NCBI GenBank assembly: GCA_963749155.1 | Contig: CAVVLO010000002.1 | Coordinates: forward strand, 1,504,001-1,568,000 | Length of the DNA stretch: 64,000 bases | Origin: an uncultured Armatimonadia bacterium | GTDB taxonomy: Bacteria > Armatimonadota > Zipacnadia > CAVVLO01 | Reading direction: 5' to 3' | Shown here: positions 1-10,838 of the stretch, piece by piece | Layout: each line of letters opens with the position of its first letter | Numbering within the stretch: position 1 is the first letter of the stretch | The notes under the pieces: model-generated | Seen by the model: only the letters and a program-made list of their open reading frames with translations | Told to the model about the DNA's origin: nothing | Database searches by the model: none | Position numbers and translations under genes: made by a program

Positions 1-6
1 GAAGAG

Positions 7-525
7 ATGGAAGAACAGGACGGCGAGACCGAACAAGGGGCCGAGGCGATTGTCGCCGAGTTGAATACTGCTGTGCAAGAACTCGAAAGCAAGTATCTGC
101 GCGCGCTGGCGGACCTCGAAAACTTGAAACGGCGTTCTCGCGACCGGCAGGAAGAGTCCGTGGCCCAGGCCAAAGCCGACCTGCTGCGCCGACTGCTGCC
201 GGTGCTGGACAATTTTGAGCGCGCTTTGGAATTCAAAGAAGCAAGCAGCGACCAGGAAGCTTTCACGCGAGGGATGGAACTAATCCACCAGCAACTCTGT
301 GAGGCAGTCTCATGCGCCGGCTGCCAGGCAATGGACACGATGGGGCAGGATTTTGATCCTGAACTCCATGAGGCAGTTGCGGCTGCGCCAGTGCATGAAG
401 TGCCTGAGGGACGCATTATCTCTGAGGCTCGCAAAGGCTATCTGCTTGAAGGTAAAGTGCTGAGGCCCGCAGCCGTGGTGGTCGCGCGGCGTCCGGACAA
501 GGCTGGGCAGGAAGACTCTGAATAA
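7..525 (+). CDS. grpE: Nucleotide exchange factor GrpE (N-terminus may extend beyond the window)
   Basis: YLRALADLENLKRR, LLPVLDNFERAL, FDPELHEAV and KGYLLEGKVLRPAAVVV are GrpE signature segments. Confidence 0.95.
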   Translation: MEEQDGETEQGAEAIVAELNTAVQELESKYLRALADLENLKRRSRDRQEESVAQAKADLLRRLLPVLDNFERALEFKEASSDQEAFTRGMELIHQQLCEAVSCAGCQAMDTMGQDFDPELHEAVAAAPVHEVPEGRIISEARKGYLLEGKVLRPAAVVVARRPDKAGQEDSE

Positions 526-547
526 CTAGTGAACTTTTTGTTACGAA

Positions 548-574
548 GCAGGAAGCCGGTAAGGGGTAACGAAG
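548..574 (+). promoter_or_regulatory. SigH-like promoter upstream of ftsZ
   Basis: GCAGGA-N16-CGAAG, with the same spacing as six other intergenic copies in the window. Confidence 0.55.
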
Positions 575-577
575 CCT

Positions 578-606
578 TTGACCGATACCCGTCACCTCAG
601 TATACT
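578..606 (+). promoter_or_regulatory. Sigma70-type promoter for ftsZ
   Basis: TTGACC-17 nt-TATACT. Confidence 0.6.
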
Positions 607-685
607 TAGCATCCTTGACTGAGTGGGCCCTAACAATCAGGCGGGGCGCGCTGCAAGGCCGGATCAGCAGGAAGGGGGAGCTGCA

Positions 686-1775
686 ATGCCGAGTAAAGAC
701 ACTCGCATAAAAGTTGTTGGGGTTGGCGGGGGCGGCAATAACGCAGTCGCGCGGATGATGGAAGAAGGCGTCCGTGGCGTTGAGTTCATTGCTATCAATA
801 CAGACGTCCAGGTCCTTGAAGAAAATCCCGCTGACAAGCGCATCCAGATCGGCGAAGAGCTGACCTCTGGACGCGGTTCAGGTGGCAATCCCGAGATAGG
901 TCGCGCTGCCGCCGAAGAAAGCAAATCCGACATCAAGAACTCGCTCGAAGGCGCCGAGATGATCTTCGTGACCGCCGGTATGGGGGGCGGCACAGGTACT
1001 GGCAGCGCTCCGATGGTGGCCGAAGTTGCCAAAGCTCTGGGCGCGCTGACTGTGGCAGTCGTCACAAGGCCTTTCAGTTTTGAGGGCCCCAGGCGCAAGC
1101 AGCTCTCGGATGAAGGCATCGCAGGAGCTACGCAGTCGCGTTGACACGCTCATTGTGATCCCGAATGACCGGTTGCTGGAGACCGTCGAACGCCGCGCCA
1201 GCCTTATGGACGCCTTCAAGCTGGCTGACAAGATACTGTGGCAGGGCGTTCAGGGTATCTCCGATATCATCCAGACCACCGGCCTCATCAACGTGGACTT
1301 CTCCGACGTGAAGACTGTTCTCACCGATGCAGGTACCGCGCTGATGGGAATCGGCCTGGCCAGTGGCGATAGTCGGGCTACCCAGGCTGCGGAGATGGCC
1401 GCGCAGAGTCCCTTGCTCGAGTCGTCCCTTGCGGGCGCAACCAACCTGCTTATCAACATCGTTGGCCCTGCCGACCTGGCACTGTCCGAAGTGGACGATG
1501 CCGTGGAGATAATCAGGCAGGCCTGTGGCACCGAGCCCAATATTATGCTGGGCGCCGCTATCGATCCCAAGCTGGACGATTCCATCAGGCTGACGATTCT
1601 TGCGACAGGATATGGCGCAAGTGGCGCTCCGACGCCGGGCCTGGGCAGAGGCGCGCGCAGAGAAGAACCTCAGCGCGAGCCGGAGCGGAAGAAGAGCCTC
1701 GTCGAGCAGTTGCTGGCGGAGGACACCCAGGAGGAAGAGGACAACCTCGACCTGCCGCCTTTCCTCAGGCAATAA
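686..1775 (+). CDS. ftsZ: Cell division protein FtsZ (split by a +1 indel near 1121, probably a sequencing error)
   Basis: [23 protein letters not shown] tubulin motif, [13 protein letters not shown] and C-terminal DLPPFLR; the two ORFs join if one G at ~1121 is removed. Confidence 0.97.
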
Positions 1776-1795
1776 CTGACTGACCCTGAAATCTT

Positions 1796-1828
1796 GAAGC
1801 CGCCGGCGCCTAAAGCCCGGCGGCTTTT
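1796..1828. terminator. Likely bidirectional intrinsic terminator between converging genes
   Basis: AAGCCGCCGG...CCGGCGGCTTTT hairpin. Confidence 0.55.
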
Positions 1829-2765
1829 AGTTGGTCGAGGAATCCGAGCAGCAGTTGAGTGTTCGCAAGCGCGAAGTCCGGTCCAACATAAGGCGCGCCG
1901 GCAAGGAAATGCTTGATGGAGGCGTCCAGAAAATCCGGCCCCCAGACCTCTTCCTGCTGCCGGGCGAGTATGGCCCGGAAGACGCCAGAGGTGTCACTGC
2001 GCCCCTGATATTCCCATACCAGCCCATCAAAGCCGAACTGGCGCCTGGGTTTACTTTCGACGGTCGCCAGCTCGAAGCTAACCGCGCAAGCCGGCTGGCA
2101 GGGACATACCCAGTCAAAATCCAGACGCAGTCTGGGAGGCTCGCCTTTCAGGCGCAGGCTGCCCTCGGCAACCTCTCCCCCAGGGGCCAGCGCCTGCAAC
2201 AGGGCAAGCTGATGGGGGCCAAGGTCAATCCACACTGCGGCGAAATCATCAGGGGCGCGAGAAGGCTTTACCGATTCGAAGAGGAACTCGAACCGCTGCA
2301 TCTCGGGCGCCTTGCCCATCCGGTCACGATAGAGGTCCAGCAGCCAGTCGGCGGCAGCTACATATTGCAGGCTGAGCCCAAAGACAGAATCAGCTTCGCG
2401 CGCGCGGCTCATACTTGTTTCGGCTTCGGCGACAAGTTGGGCTGAGGAAGTGCCTTCCCTGAAGTGCAGCGGTTTCTCGCACCAGACATCCAGCCCGCGC
2501 TCGAGCGCCAAATCTACATAGCCAAGATGATATTGGGGCGGACAGGTGATGGCCAGGTGTCGGGCTTCGCTTCCGCAAGCAAGGTATCCAGGTCGTGATA
2601 GGCTTTGCCGCAAAAAGGAAATAACCCTCCAAGCGCTTCTGCGGCGGCCTGGGCCGTGTCAGGGCAGGTGCCCAGGCAAGCGACGACCTCGGCTCCCGAG
2701 TGATGAAACCACTTGGCGTGATGCTTGCCGATGCCTCGCGCGCCCAGGAGGGCTACTCTGGCCAT
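1810..2765 (-). CDS. Gfo/Idh/MocA family oxidoreductase (frameshift near 2557)
   Basis: Rossmann start VALLGARGIGKHH in ORF 2514-2765; ITCPPQYH, VWCEKP and DLGPH in ORF 1810-2613. Confidence 0.85.
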
Positions 2766-2779
2766 CGCTCTCCCTCCCT

Positions 2780-3862
2780 CTAGTCAGGCAGGATTACGAC
2801 CTTGAAGGCGCCTGTCTCGTGCTTGCGCAGCGCGCAGTCGAAGGCCTTGTCGACCTCTGACAGCGGGAACCGGTGGGTTATCATAGGCTCCACGACCACC
2901 TCGCCACACTGCATAAGCTGCAGCCCGGTGTAGAAGTCCTCATACTGGAAGTTGGCGCATGAAGTGATGGTCTTCTCGGCGAAGAAGTTATCTGGCCGCA
3001 GTTCCAGCGGGCCGAACAATCCCGCTACCAGCCCGACTGTGCCGCCTCGTCTGGTCATCTCGACCGCCTGACGCGGGCCCTCAACAGTCGCGGTGGTCTC
3101 GAAGACCACATCAGCGCCCTTCCCCTCGGTCCTCGCCATCGTGTGAGCGACCACATCGTCTTCGCGGGCATCGAGCCGGTAGTCAATGCCGACCTCTTCG
3201 GCAATCTCAAGCGCCTTGTCATACACGTCGGCGCAGGCGACGGCGCGCGCGCCACTGGCGATGGCTACCTGGGCAATCAACAGCCCAATCGGGCCAGCGC
3301 CCAGCACTACAACATAGTCTCCCTGCCTGACCTTCGAGTGTTTGACCGCGTGCACGGCGACGCCCAGGCCATCGAGAAAGACGCCTTGCTCCGCGGTGAT
3401 CTCCTCCGGCAGTTCGTAAGCGAACTCCTGCCAGATGCGACAGAAATCGGCCATCCCGCCAGGATTGTATTCGCCACCCTCATCCCAGCCTGCGCTGTGA
3501 CCGGTGTGCCGGGTAAAAGCGCACAGATGCTCTTTGCCTGTGCGGCAGTCGTAGCAACGCCCGCAGCCTTTGAAGGGCAGCATTGCAATCAGTTTGCCTT
3601 CCAGTGCGGGATCGGCTTCAGGCGAAAGCTCTACTACTTTGCCCGTTACCTCATGTCCCAGCACCATATTGGCAGGATTGGGCTTGTCGTAGCCCATCGT
3701 ATGGTGGGACCAGGGGTTCTCTCCGACATAATAACGCAGGTCAGAGCCACATACCCCGCACGCGGAGACCTCTACAAGCACCTCTCCAGCCCAGGGTTCG
3801 GGTTTTTCGATGGTCTTTACTTCCAGCTTGCGAGGGCCTGTCAGCACGGCAGCTTTCATCAA
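2780..3862 (-). CDS. Zinc-dependent alcohol/polyol dehydrogenase (MDR family)
   Basis: CGVCGSD, LGHE, structural Zn site CGRCYDC...C and GAGPIG. Confidence 0.93.
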   Translation of the reverse strand: MMKAAVLTGPRKLEVKTIEKPEPWAGEVLVEVSACGVCGSDLRYYVGENPWSHHTMGYDKPNPANMVLGHEVTGKVVELSPEADPALEGKLIAMLPFKGCGRCYDCRTGKEHLCAFTRHTGHSAGWDEGGEYNPGGMADFCRIWQEFAYELPEEITAEQGVFLDGLGVAVHAVKHSKVRQGDYVVVLGAGPIGLLIAQVAIASGARAVACADVYDKALEIAEEVGIDYRLDAREDDVVAHTMARTEGKGADVVFETTATVEGPRQAVEMTRRGGTVGLVAGLFGPLELRPDNFFAEKTITSCANFQYEDFYTGLQLMQCGEVVVEPMITHRFPLSEVDKAFDCALRKHETGAFKVVILPD

Positions 3863-5322
3863 CGGATCACCTTGGGGTCAAATTCGGCGCGCGAGAGACG
3901 AATGACCGCGGCTTCGAGTCGTCGCCGTCCTCCGCTAACGCCTGCGCTTTCGGTCTTGAGCGAAATATCTACGGTGTGAAGAAAAAGCAGCGCCAGCGCG
4001 GTCTGCTCGAGGCTGAAGCGCTGGGCCTGGTTCAGAGTTTTGTAAACGACGAAATCGTGCTGTTTGAGCAGGTTGAGTTTGACATCGGAAGGCAAGGCTT
4101 CGGCATAACGCTTGAGCTCGGGTAGCAAACCAGAACGAAAACGCGGATATGGCGTGCCCTGGGGCAGCTTTTTGCCAGCCTCTTTAAGCAGAAGTCGCGC
4201 CTGAAGCAGCAGCCGGAACTGGCGCACGATGAGCGAGAAGATCATCATCGGCTCCAACTCGGCATCGAACATCCGCTCGAGCAGCCCCAGCGCCTTGTGA
4301 GTGTCGCGTTCGCCCAGGGCGTCGGTTAGCTCGAAGACGGTAACCTCGGCCGACTCGGGCACGACCTGGCGCACATCGTCGGCAGTGATGGCTTTACGAT
4401 CGCCCACATAAAGCGAAAGCAGGCTGACCGCCTGTTGAAGCTGGGCGGCGTTGCTGCCACAGCGTAGCTGCAGTTCGGCCTGGGCCTCATCGGCCAGCAA
4501 CTTGCCCTGACGACGCAGCATCGAGCCGATAAACTCCCACAGGTCTTCCTTGTCGGTAAGCTGGGTGAAGCCGAGGATGACCCCACCGCCTTCTTTGGCG
4601 GCTTTGGTCAGCGAGTTGTTCGCGGCAAGTTGGCCCTCGACCACGACAAGCAAGGTCTTGCCCTCGACAGGGGATTTACAGAAAACTTCCAGGGGATTCT
4701 CATGCGAATCATCGCCCGGTGAGAAGCTCTGAAGTAGCTCCGGCGTCACCGCAAGGGCAGCGAAATCTCCAAGTTCGCGGTCAGAGACTTCGACCTCCTC
4801 ACTCTGGGCGGCGTCCAGGGCTTCAGAGGGCAGTTCAGGTTGGCGACCAGTCTCGTGGAACTCCTTCACGGCGGCTGCAAAGGCTTTGGCAAAAGCAGGT
4901 GAGGTAGAGCGGGCCCGGGCAATCTCGGAGCGCAGACTCCGGTTATCGGGCGCCTCGAGAGCGTTCTTCACGGCTCTGACAAAGGCTTCAGCATCGGTGC
5001 GACGGGCCGAGGTCGGCGGATTTTTTACGATAATCAGGTCGCTCTGGGTGTCGAAAAAACCAAGCGTAGCGCTTTGCAGCGCCTCCCTCAGGCGATCTTC
5101 GTTATAGGAATCCGGATCTTCGCCATCGAAGTTGGTAATAGCCGTGGCCCGCTGTTCTTCGGGCACCAGCAGGCGGGTGAGTTGCTCCCTGGCGGCGCGC
5201 AGAAACTGGGGCTCATCGCCCCAAAGCAGGTAGACAGGAGCGCGCTCGCCGGCCTTGGCGGCCACGAGTACTTTTTTAAGAGCTTCGCGCTGTGCAATGT
5301 ATTGAGATCCCGAGCCAGGCAA
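3859..5322 (-). CDS. holA: DNA polymerase III delta subunit with a large internal insertion
   Basis: PVYLLWGDE, ITADDVRQVV, VFELTDAL, LIVRQFRLLLQ and VDISLKT; 487 aa is longer than a typical HolA. Confidence 0.8.
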   Translation of the reverse strand: MPGSGSQYIAQREALKKVLVAAKAGERAPVYLLWGDEPQFLRAAREQLTRLLVPEEQRATAITNFDGEDPDSYNEDRLREALQSATLGFFDTQSDLIIVKNPPTSARRTDAEAFVRAVKNALEAPDNRSLRSEIARARSTSPAFAKAFAAAVKEFHETGRQPELPSEALDAAQSEEVEVSDRELGDFAALAVTPELLQSFSPGDDSHENPLEVFCKSPVEGKTLLVVVEGQLAANNSLTKAAKEGGGVILGFTQLTDKEDLWEFIGSMLRRQGKLLADEAQAELQLRCGSNAAQLQQAVSLLSLYVGDRKAITADDVRQVVPESAEVTVFELTDALGERDTHKALGLLERMFDAELEPMMIFSLIVRQFRLLLQARLLLKEAGKKLPQGTPYPRFRSGLLPELKRYAEALPSDVKLNLLKQHDFVVYKTLNQAQRFSLEQTALALLFLHTVDISLKTESAGVSGGRRRLEAAVIRLSRAEFDPKVIR

Positions 5323-5459
5323 GCCAGGCCTCCAGAGGCGCGATTGTGTCCCCTAATGCTATAGCTGGAAGTGAGACGCGTCAACTGGCCGGGAGAGCCT
5401 ATTCCCACTTGGTGATATGTTATACTTGCCCCAGGGTCGGACTGCCTGACCTGCCAAAG

Positions 5460-6770
5460 ATGAGCGATACATACTTACGCGTAGCTTTAATTGCTGCTTT
5501 GATTGTCTGCTCGGCGACTTTTACCGCCGCCGAGATGGGCCTGGTTGCCGTTGGCAGGCTGAAACTGCGCAAGCTGGCTGCTGATGGTTCAGGTCGAGCT
5601 GACTCCGCCCTGCGCTTGCTGGACAATCCCACCCTGGTCTTCTCGACGGTGCTAATCACCATCACGACGGCCAATTTCGTGGCGGAATCTCTGGCGGCCA
5701 ATCTCTTCCACGATGCCTTTGGTGAACACGGCTATCTGCTTTCCTTCATCACGATGACCGTTGTGGTGCTTGTTTTCGCCGAGCTTACTCCTGTGCTATA
5801 CGCGGTCAGTCATCCCTCGCGTGTGGCACTTGGCGCCTCAGGCCTGGTGAGAGGGACAACCTGGCTGCTTTATCCCCTCTCCTGGACGCTGACAGGACTT
5901 GCGCGTGTCGTGCTTTGGCTGATGGGGATTCGCGATTTCACGGGCTTCCCTGCCGGGGTCAGCCGAGGCGCTCTGGAAGCCTCGGTCGAATCAGGCGCCA
6001 TCCGGGAAGAAGAAAAAGAACTGCTCTCCAATGTCTTCGAGTTCAAGGACACCCTGGCGCGCGAGATAATGCGTCCCCGCGTAGACATCATCGCCCTGCC
6101 CGCTTATGAGCTGGTCGTCGACGCCCTCGAAAAAGTGTTGAAATCGGGTCACTCGCGCCTGCCGGTATACGAAGGGGACATAGACAATATCGTTGGCATC
6201 CTCTTCGGGAAGGATCTTATCCCCTACACGCGCACTCACGAGGAGGAACTGGGGCGCAAGCAGATTACCGAGCTGATGAGGCCGGCTTTCTTCGTGCCCG
6301 AGACAGAGCATATTGGCCAGTTGCTGCGCGATATGCGAACGCGCAGGCAACTCCTGGCAATTGTTGTGGACGAATTCGGCGGCACAGCGGGCGTCGTCAC
6401 CATCGAGGATGTACTCGAAGAGATAGTCGGCGATATCCAGGATGAGTTCGACGAGCAGGAAGTCGCCCAGCTTAAAGAGATAGCCCCTGGCGTCTGGACG
6501 GCTGATGGCTTGCTTCCACTTCACGAGCTGCGTCGCCAGACGGACATCACGCTACCTGAAACTTCGGTTGAGACAGTTGGTGGTTTTGTTGCTGACCAGC
6601 TTCAACGGGTGCCCGAGCAGGGAGATGTGGTCGAATATCGCAGTTACAGGTTCGAAGTACTGCTGATGGACGGCCGACGAGTCGCGCGCGTGCAACTTGT
6701 GTTGCTGCCAGAGGAAGACGACAAGACCGGGCCGGAGTCGGACGACCTGGACGAGTTGGGCTTCGACTAG
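5460..6770 (+). CDS. Hemolysin family/CNNM protein (DUF21 + CBS pair + CorC_HlyC)
   Basis: FTAAEMGL, AREIMRPRVDI, HSRLPVY, IVVDEFGGTAGVVTIEDVLEEIVGDIQDE and ETVGGF. Confidence 0.93.
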   Translation: MSDTYLRVALIAALIVCSATFTAAEMGLVAVGRLKLRKLAADGSGRADSALRLLDNPTLVFSTVLITITTANFVAESLAANLFHDAFGEHGYLLSFITMTVVVLVFAELTPVLYAVSHPSRVALGASGLVRGTTWLLYPLSWTLTGLARVVLWLMGIRDFTGFPAGVSRGALEASVESGAIREEEKELLSNVFEFKDTLAREIMRPRVDIIALPAYELVVDALEKVLKSGHSRLPVYEGDIDNIVGILFGKDLIPYTRTHEEELGRKQITELMRPAFFVPETEHIGQLLRDMRTRRQLLAIVVDEFGGTAGVVTIEDVLEEIVGDIQDEFDEQEVAQLKEIAPGVWTADGLLPLHELRRQTDITLPETSVETVGGFVADQLQRVPEQGDVVEYRSYRFEVLLMDGRRVARVQLVLLPEEDDKTGPESDDLDELGFD

Positions 6771-6773
6771 CGC

Positions 6774-7922
6774 CTAACGAGCGACCAGCTCGATTGCCCC
6801 CATCGGGCAGAGTTCGACGCACAGGCCGCAACCAGCGCACCGCTCGGGATTTATAAAAGAGGCTTTCTCCCCAAGCACTGGCGCAAAGTAGATGCACACC
6901 CGCTCGCACTTGCCGCACCGGATGCACTTTGCCGAATCCACCTGGGCTCTGTAATGCCACTCGCGGTCAACCTGGTCGCCGGTTACAAGCCGGGGTATGA
7001 CCTTGCCGCGGAAGTCAGCCAGACAAGAGTAGTGCTTCTGCTGCATAAATTCGGTCAGCTCTCGCTTTATGCGGCCAATGACCTGATAACCCTCCACCAC
7101 AATTGCGGTGCAGAGCTGGACGGTGGTCGCGCCAGCAAGGATAAGCTTCGCCACGTCCTTGCCGTCCACTACGCCCCCGCTTGCGCTGATTGGGATAGCA
7201 AGCTGGGGAGCCGCTTCGGTCAGCCAGCGCAGCACGAACTGCAGCGCCCACGGCCCGCCGTGACCCGCATAGCCCCCGTGCATTATCGGGCGTTCGGTTT
7301 CGAGGTCGATCTCCAGGCCCGTAAACCTGTTGAACAACACCACACCTGCTGCGCCTGCCTGCTGGACCTTGAGGGCGCTCGCGGGGGGGTAGGCGTCCTG
7401 GCCTGAAAGTTTGGCCGTAACGGGAATCGAGACCGCACTCTTCACCAGCGAGGTGATCCGGGCAACTTCCGAGCCGATGTCAGCGCCAGCCATCGCGAAG
7501 AAGCCATGCGGGCAGGAGGCGTTGAGTTCGATAGCATCCGCGCCGGCCTGCTCTACCTGCTTCGCGTAGCTGATCCAGCCCTCATCCGTATAGCAGTTGA
7601 TGCTGGCAAAAATCGGCAGTCCAGTCGCTTGCTTGATGGCCGCAAGCTCGGCGCAATATTCCTCGGGACCAAATTCGGAGGCCTGCTCGTAACTATAGAG
7701 GGTGGTCGAAACGAAAGCGCCCGCGCCGCGCCGGATGACTTTGAAATGGGGGGTAGGGGCCTTGCGGGAGAACTCCTGCTCAAAGAGACTCTTCAGCACC
7801 AGCGCGCCGATGCCTTGTTCTGCGCACTTAAGACAGCGCTCCCGCGTGCCAGTCGTGCCAGCGGGAGCGGCGATAAGCGGATTAGCGAGTCTCAGCCCGC
7901 CATACTCACAGGAAAGGTCCAT
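6774..7922 (-). CDS. Dihydroorotate/dihydropyrimidine dehydrogenase-like flavoprotein with C-terminal 2x[4Fe-4S] domain (PreA-like)
   Basis: LANPLIAA, ELNASCPH, ISASGGV, GATTVQLCT and two CxxCxxCxxxC motifs. Confidence 0.85.
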   Translation of the reverse strand: MDLSCEYGGLRLANPLIAAPAGTTGTRERCLKCAEQGIGALVLKSLFEQEFSRKAPTPHFKVIRRGAGAFVSTTLYSYEQASEFGPEEYCAELAAIKQATGLPIFASINCYTDEGWISYAKQVEQAGADAIELNASCPHGFFAMAGADIGSEVARITSLVKSAVSIPVTAKLSGQDAYPPASALKVQQAGAAGVVLFNRFTGLEIDLETERPIMHGGYAGHGGPWALQFVLRWLTEAAPQLAIPISASGGVVDGKDVAKLILAGATTVQLCTAIVVEGYQVIGRIKRELTEFMQQKHYSCLADFRGKVIPRLVTGDQVDREWHYRAQVDSAKCIRCGKCERVCIYFAPVLGEKASFINPERCAGCGLCVELCPMGAIELVAR

Positions 7923-7943
7923 CCGGGGCCTCCCTCGGCTGGT

Positions 7944-8700
7944 TTACTCCGACTGCAACTCCTGCATCAACTCGTCGGGGATGTCAAAGTTGGCGTAGAC
8001 ATTGCTGACATCCTCCAAATCTTCAAGTAATTCCATAAGATTCAGAGTCTTGCGAGCGCGCTCCAGGTCGAGGGGCACGACATTCTTGGGGATCATGGTG
8101 AGCGAGGCGTCCTGAATCTTGTAGCCGGCTTCCTCAAGGGCTGTTCTCACCAGGTAGAGTTGCTGCGGGTCAGTCTGGATCTCGATGGTGTCGCCGTCTT
8201 CCGTGACGTCTTCGGCGCCGCATTCGATTGCCGCGAGCATTACTTCCTCAGTGTCGGCTGAACCCGGCTCGAGCAGGATGATGCCCTTTTGCTCGAACAT
8301 CCAGGCAACGCAGCCGGCCTCGCCGAGGTTGCCCCCGTGTTTGGTGAGAGTGCTGCGCACCTCGCCTGCGGTGCGGTTGCGGTTGTCGGTCATCGTCTCG
8401 ATAATCAGCGCAACGCCGCCAGGGCCATACCCCTCGTAAACGACCTCTACAAGCTGGTTGCCGCCGTCGAGTTCGCCACTGCCCTTCTTTACTGCGCGAT
8501 CGATGTTGGCGACGGGCATACTGACTTCTTTGGCTTTCTCGATGGCGGTTTTGAGGCGCACGTTCATCGAAGAATCGCTGCCGCCCTGGCTGGCCGCGAC
8601 CATTATCTCTCGCGACAGCTTCGCGAATAACTTGCCTCGCTTGGCGTCCTGAGCGCCTTTGCGGATTTTTATGTTATGCCATTTTGAATGACCTGGACAT
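7944..8700 (-). CDS. yebC: YebC/PmpR family protein (extra base directly after the start codon)
   Basis: GGAGG RBS then ATG TC(C)A GGT CAT = MSGHSKWHNIK; YEGYGPGGVA, TDNRNRT and DVSNVYAN. Confidence 0.95.
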
Positions 8701-8822
8701 ACGAGCCTCCCGAGCTGTGGATTCGCCCTGATTATAACATAAGCGGGCTGCTTGCCACCGAGGGCAGGTATTGAGCGCCTGGCCGTGGAAGTTCTACCTA
8801 ACGACTGGACGAGGTGAGCTAA

Positions 8823-10804
8823 ATGCGTGGTTCGAACCTGCTGCTTGTGGTGATGTTGATGATGGTAACGATTACAGGGCTTGGCTGTGCGGCCCAGGTT
8901 ACTCTGACTGGCACTGTAACCTCTGCCGCGACGGGAGAACCGCTGCACAAGGTCGAAGTCTGCGCGCTGCAGCTCGAAGGCGCAAGCGGCTTGCTGCTTC
9001 AGCCTTCCGCTACGGCTCGCACGGACAGCCAGGGGCATTTCACACTCAAGCTTGACGTTGCAGAACCTGCCCCAGGCAGTGTGGCGGTCTGGACGCGCAG
9101 CCTGCTCTACGCTAATGAGCTGTCCACTGGTACCAGGCTGGCCGCGAATATCGGCCCCACCCTTAACGAGGCCAGGCAAGCCGCGATCGACCTCGCCAAT
9201 CCTCCGAGCGAACTGACCTTTGCATTGGAGACTCGCTTCGGAGAAGAACATATCGTGATGCTGCCGATGGCTGACGGCACGAAGCTGGCCACCGATTACA
9301 TAACTCCGAAGGGAGAAGGCCCCTTCCCCAGCATCTTGCAGCGCACTCCGTACGGGCGCAGCCTCGAGGATGGTCTCTCGACCGGCCTGCTGGAGCAGGG
9401 CTATGCCATCATCTGCCAGGATCATCGCGGCCGGTTCGACAGCGAGGGCATCGGCCTGGCTTTCAAGGCCTGCGGTTGGGGCGAACACCAGGATGGCTAC
9501 GATACGGTGGAATGGATTGCCGCACAGCCCTGGTCCAATGGCAAAGTCGGCACTTTCGGCGCCTCGGCGGGTGGGATTACGCAAAACCTGATGGCAGGCG
9601 CGGCGCCGCCCCATCTCACCTGTCAGGTAGTCCTCGTCGCTTCGGCCAATTTCTATGAGGATACGGCTTATCCGGGCGGCGCTTTCCGCAAGCAGATGGT
9701 CGAAGGCTGGCTCGCGGGCAACAATTTCCCCCCGAGACGCTGCAGGAGATGCTGGATCATCCTAACGAAGACGAGTATTGGGACGCCTACAACGTCGAGA
9801 AGCGCGCCCCCGAGATCACCGTGCCAAGCCTGCAACTTGGAGGCTGGTTCGATTGCTTCGAAAGCGGGCCAATCCGCAGCTTCCTCAGCCGACAGACGAA
9901 GGGTGGAGAAGGCGCCAGGGGCAACCAGCTCCTCATAATGGGTCCCTGGACTCACGGGGGGATGTTCGCCGCCAAGCAGGGCGAGTTGGAGTTCCCAGCT
10001 GCCGCCGTGGCCAGAGTCGACCTGATGCAACGCCTCAAGGACTTCTTCGCCTTCTGGCTGAAGGGCGAGCAGAACGACGTTATGGAAGCCTCCGTAACCT
10101 ATTACCAGATGGGCGCTTGTGGCGAGCCGGGCGCGCCCGGCCACGTGTGGCAGACCTCGCCCACCTGGCCTCCTCCCGCGCGCAGTCAGCGGTTCTTCCT
10201 CACGCCCGCGGGCGGATTAAGCAAAGAAGCGCCGACGGCGGAGGAGGCGCAGCTTTCGTATGTCTGTGACCCTGGCAACCCGGTGCCCAACCACGGGGGC
10301 CACAACCTGATACTGCCGGCAGGCTCTTTCGACCAGCGCGAGATCGAAGCGAGGGACGATGTCCTCTCCTTCACCACCGAGCCGCTGACCGAGCCGCTCA
10401 ACCTGACCGGGCAAGCGATCGCGAGGCTGTACGTGGCCTCGACCGCGGTGGATACTGACTTCGTGGTCAAGCTGTGCGATGTCTATCCCGACGGGCGTTC
10501 TATGCTCATCAGCGAGGGCGTGCTGCGGGCGCGCTACCGGGGCAGTTTCCAGTCGCCAGAGCTGCTGACTCCAGGGCAGGTCTATGAGCTGGAAGTGCCA
10601 CTCTGGGACACGAGCCTCGTCTTCAACACGGGGCACCGGATCAGGCTGGACGTGCAGAGCAGCGACTATCCGCGCTACGACGCCAACACTCAGACGGGCC
10701 TCCCCTATGGTCAGCCTGCGGAGCCGGTCGTCGCGACCAATACGGTCTTCTTCAACGCCGAACAGGCCTCGTGTCTGGACCTACCGGTGATGCTGGAGGA
10801 GTAA
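8823..10804 (+). CDS. Secreted CocE/NonD family hydrolase (frameshift in the C-run at ~9730)
   Basis: Signal peptide; RTPYG, QDHRGRFDSEG, GASAGG nucleophile motif, GGWFD, GPWTHG and C-terminal PepX_C-like DVQSSDYPRY. Confidence 0.9.
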
Positions 10805-10838
10805 GGACGCCTCAACGCCTCACATACAGGTGAGTGCA

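Noticed and set aside
8701..9614. 556-aa YebC with a long N-terminal extension
   Set aside because: Artifact of an indel next to the true ATG at 8700; the extension is antisense to the CocE gene
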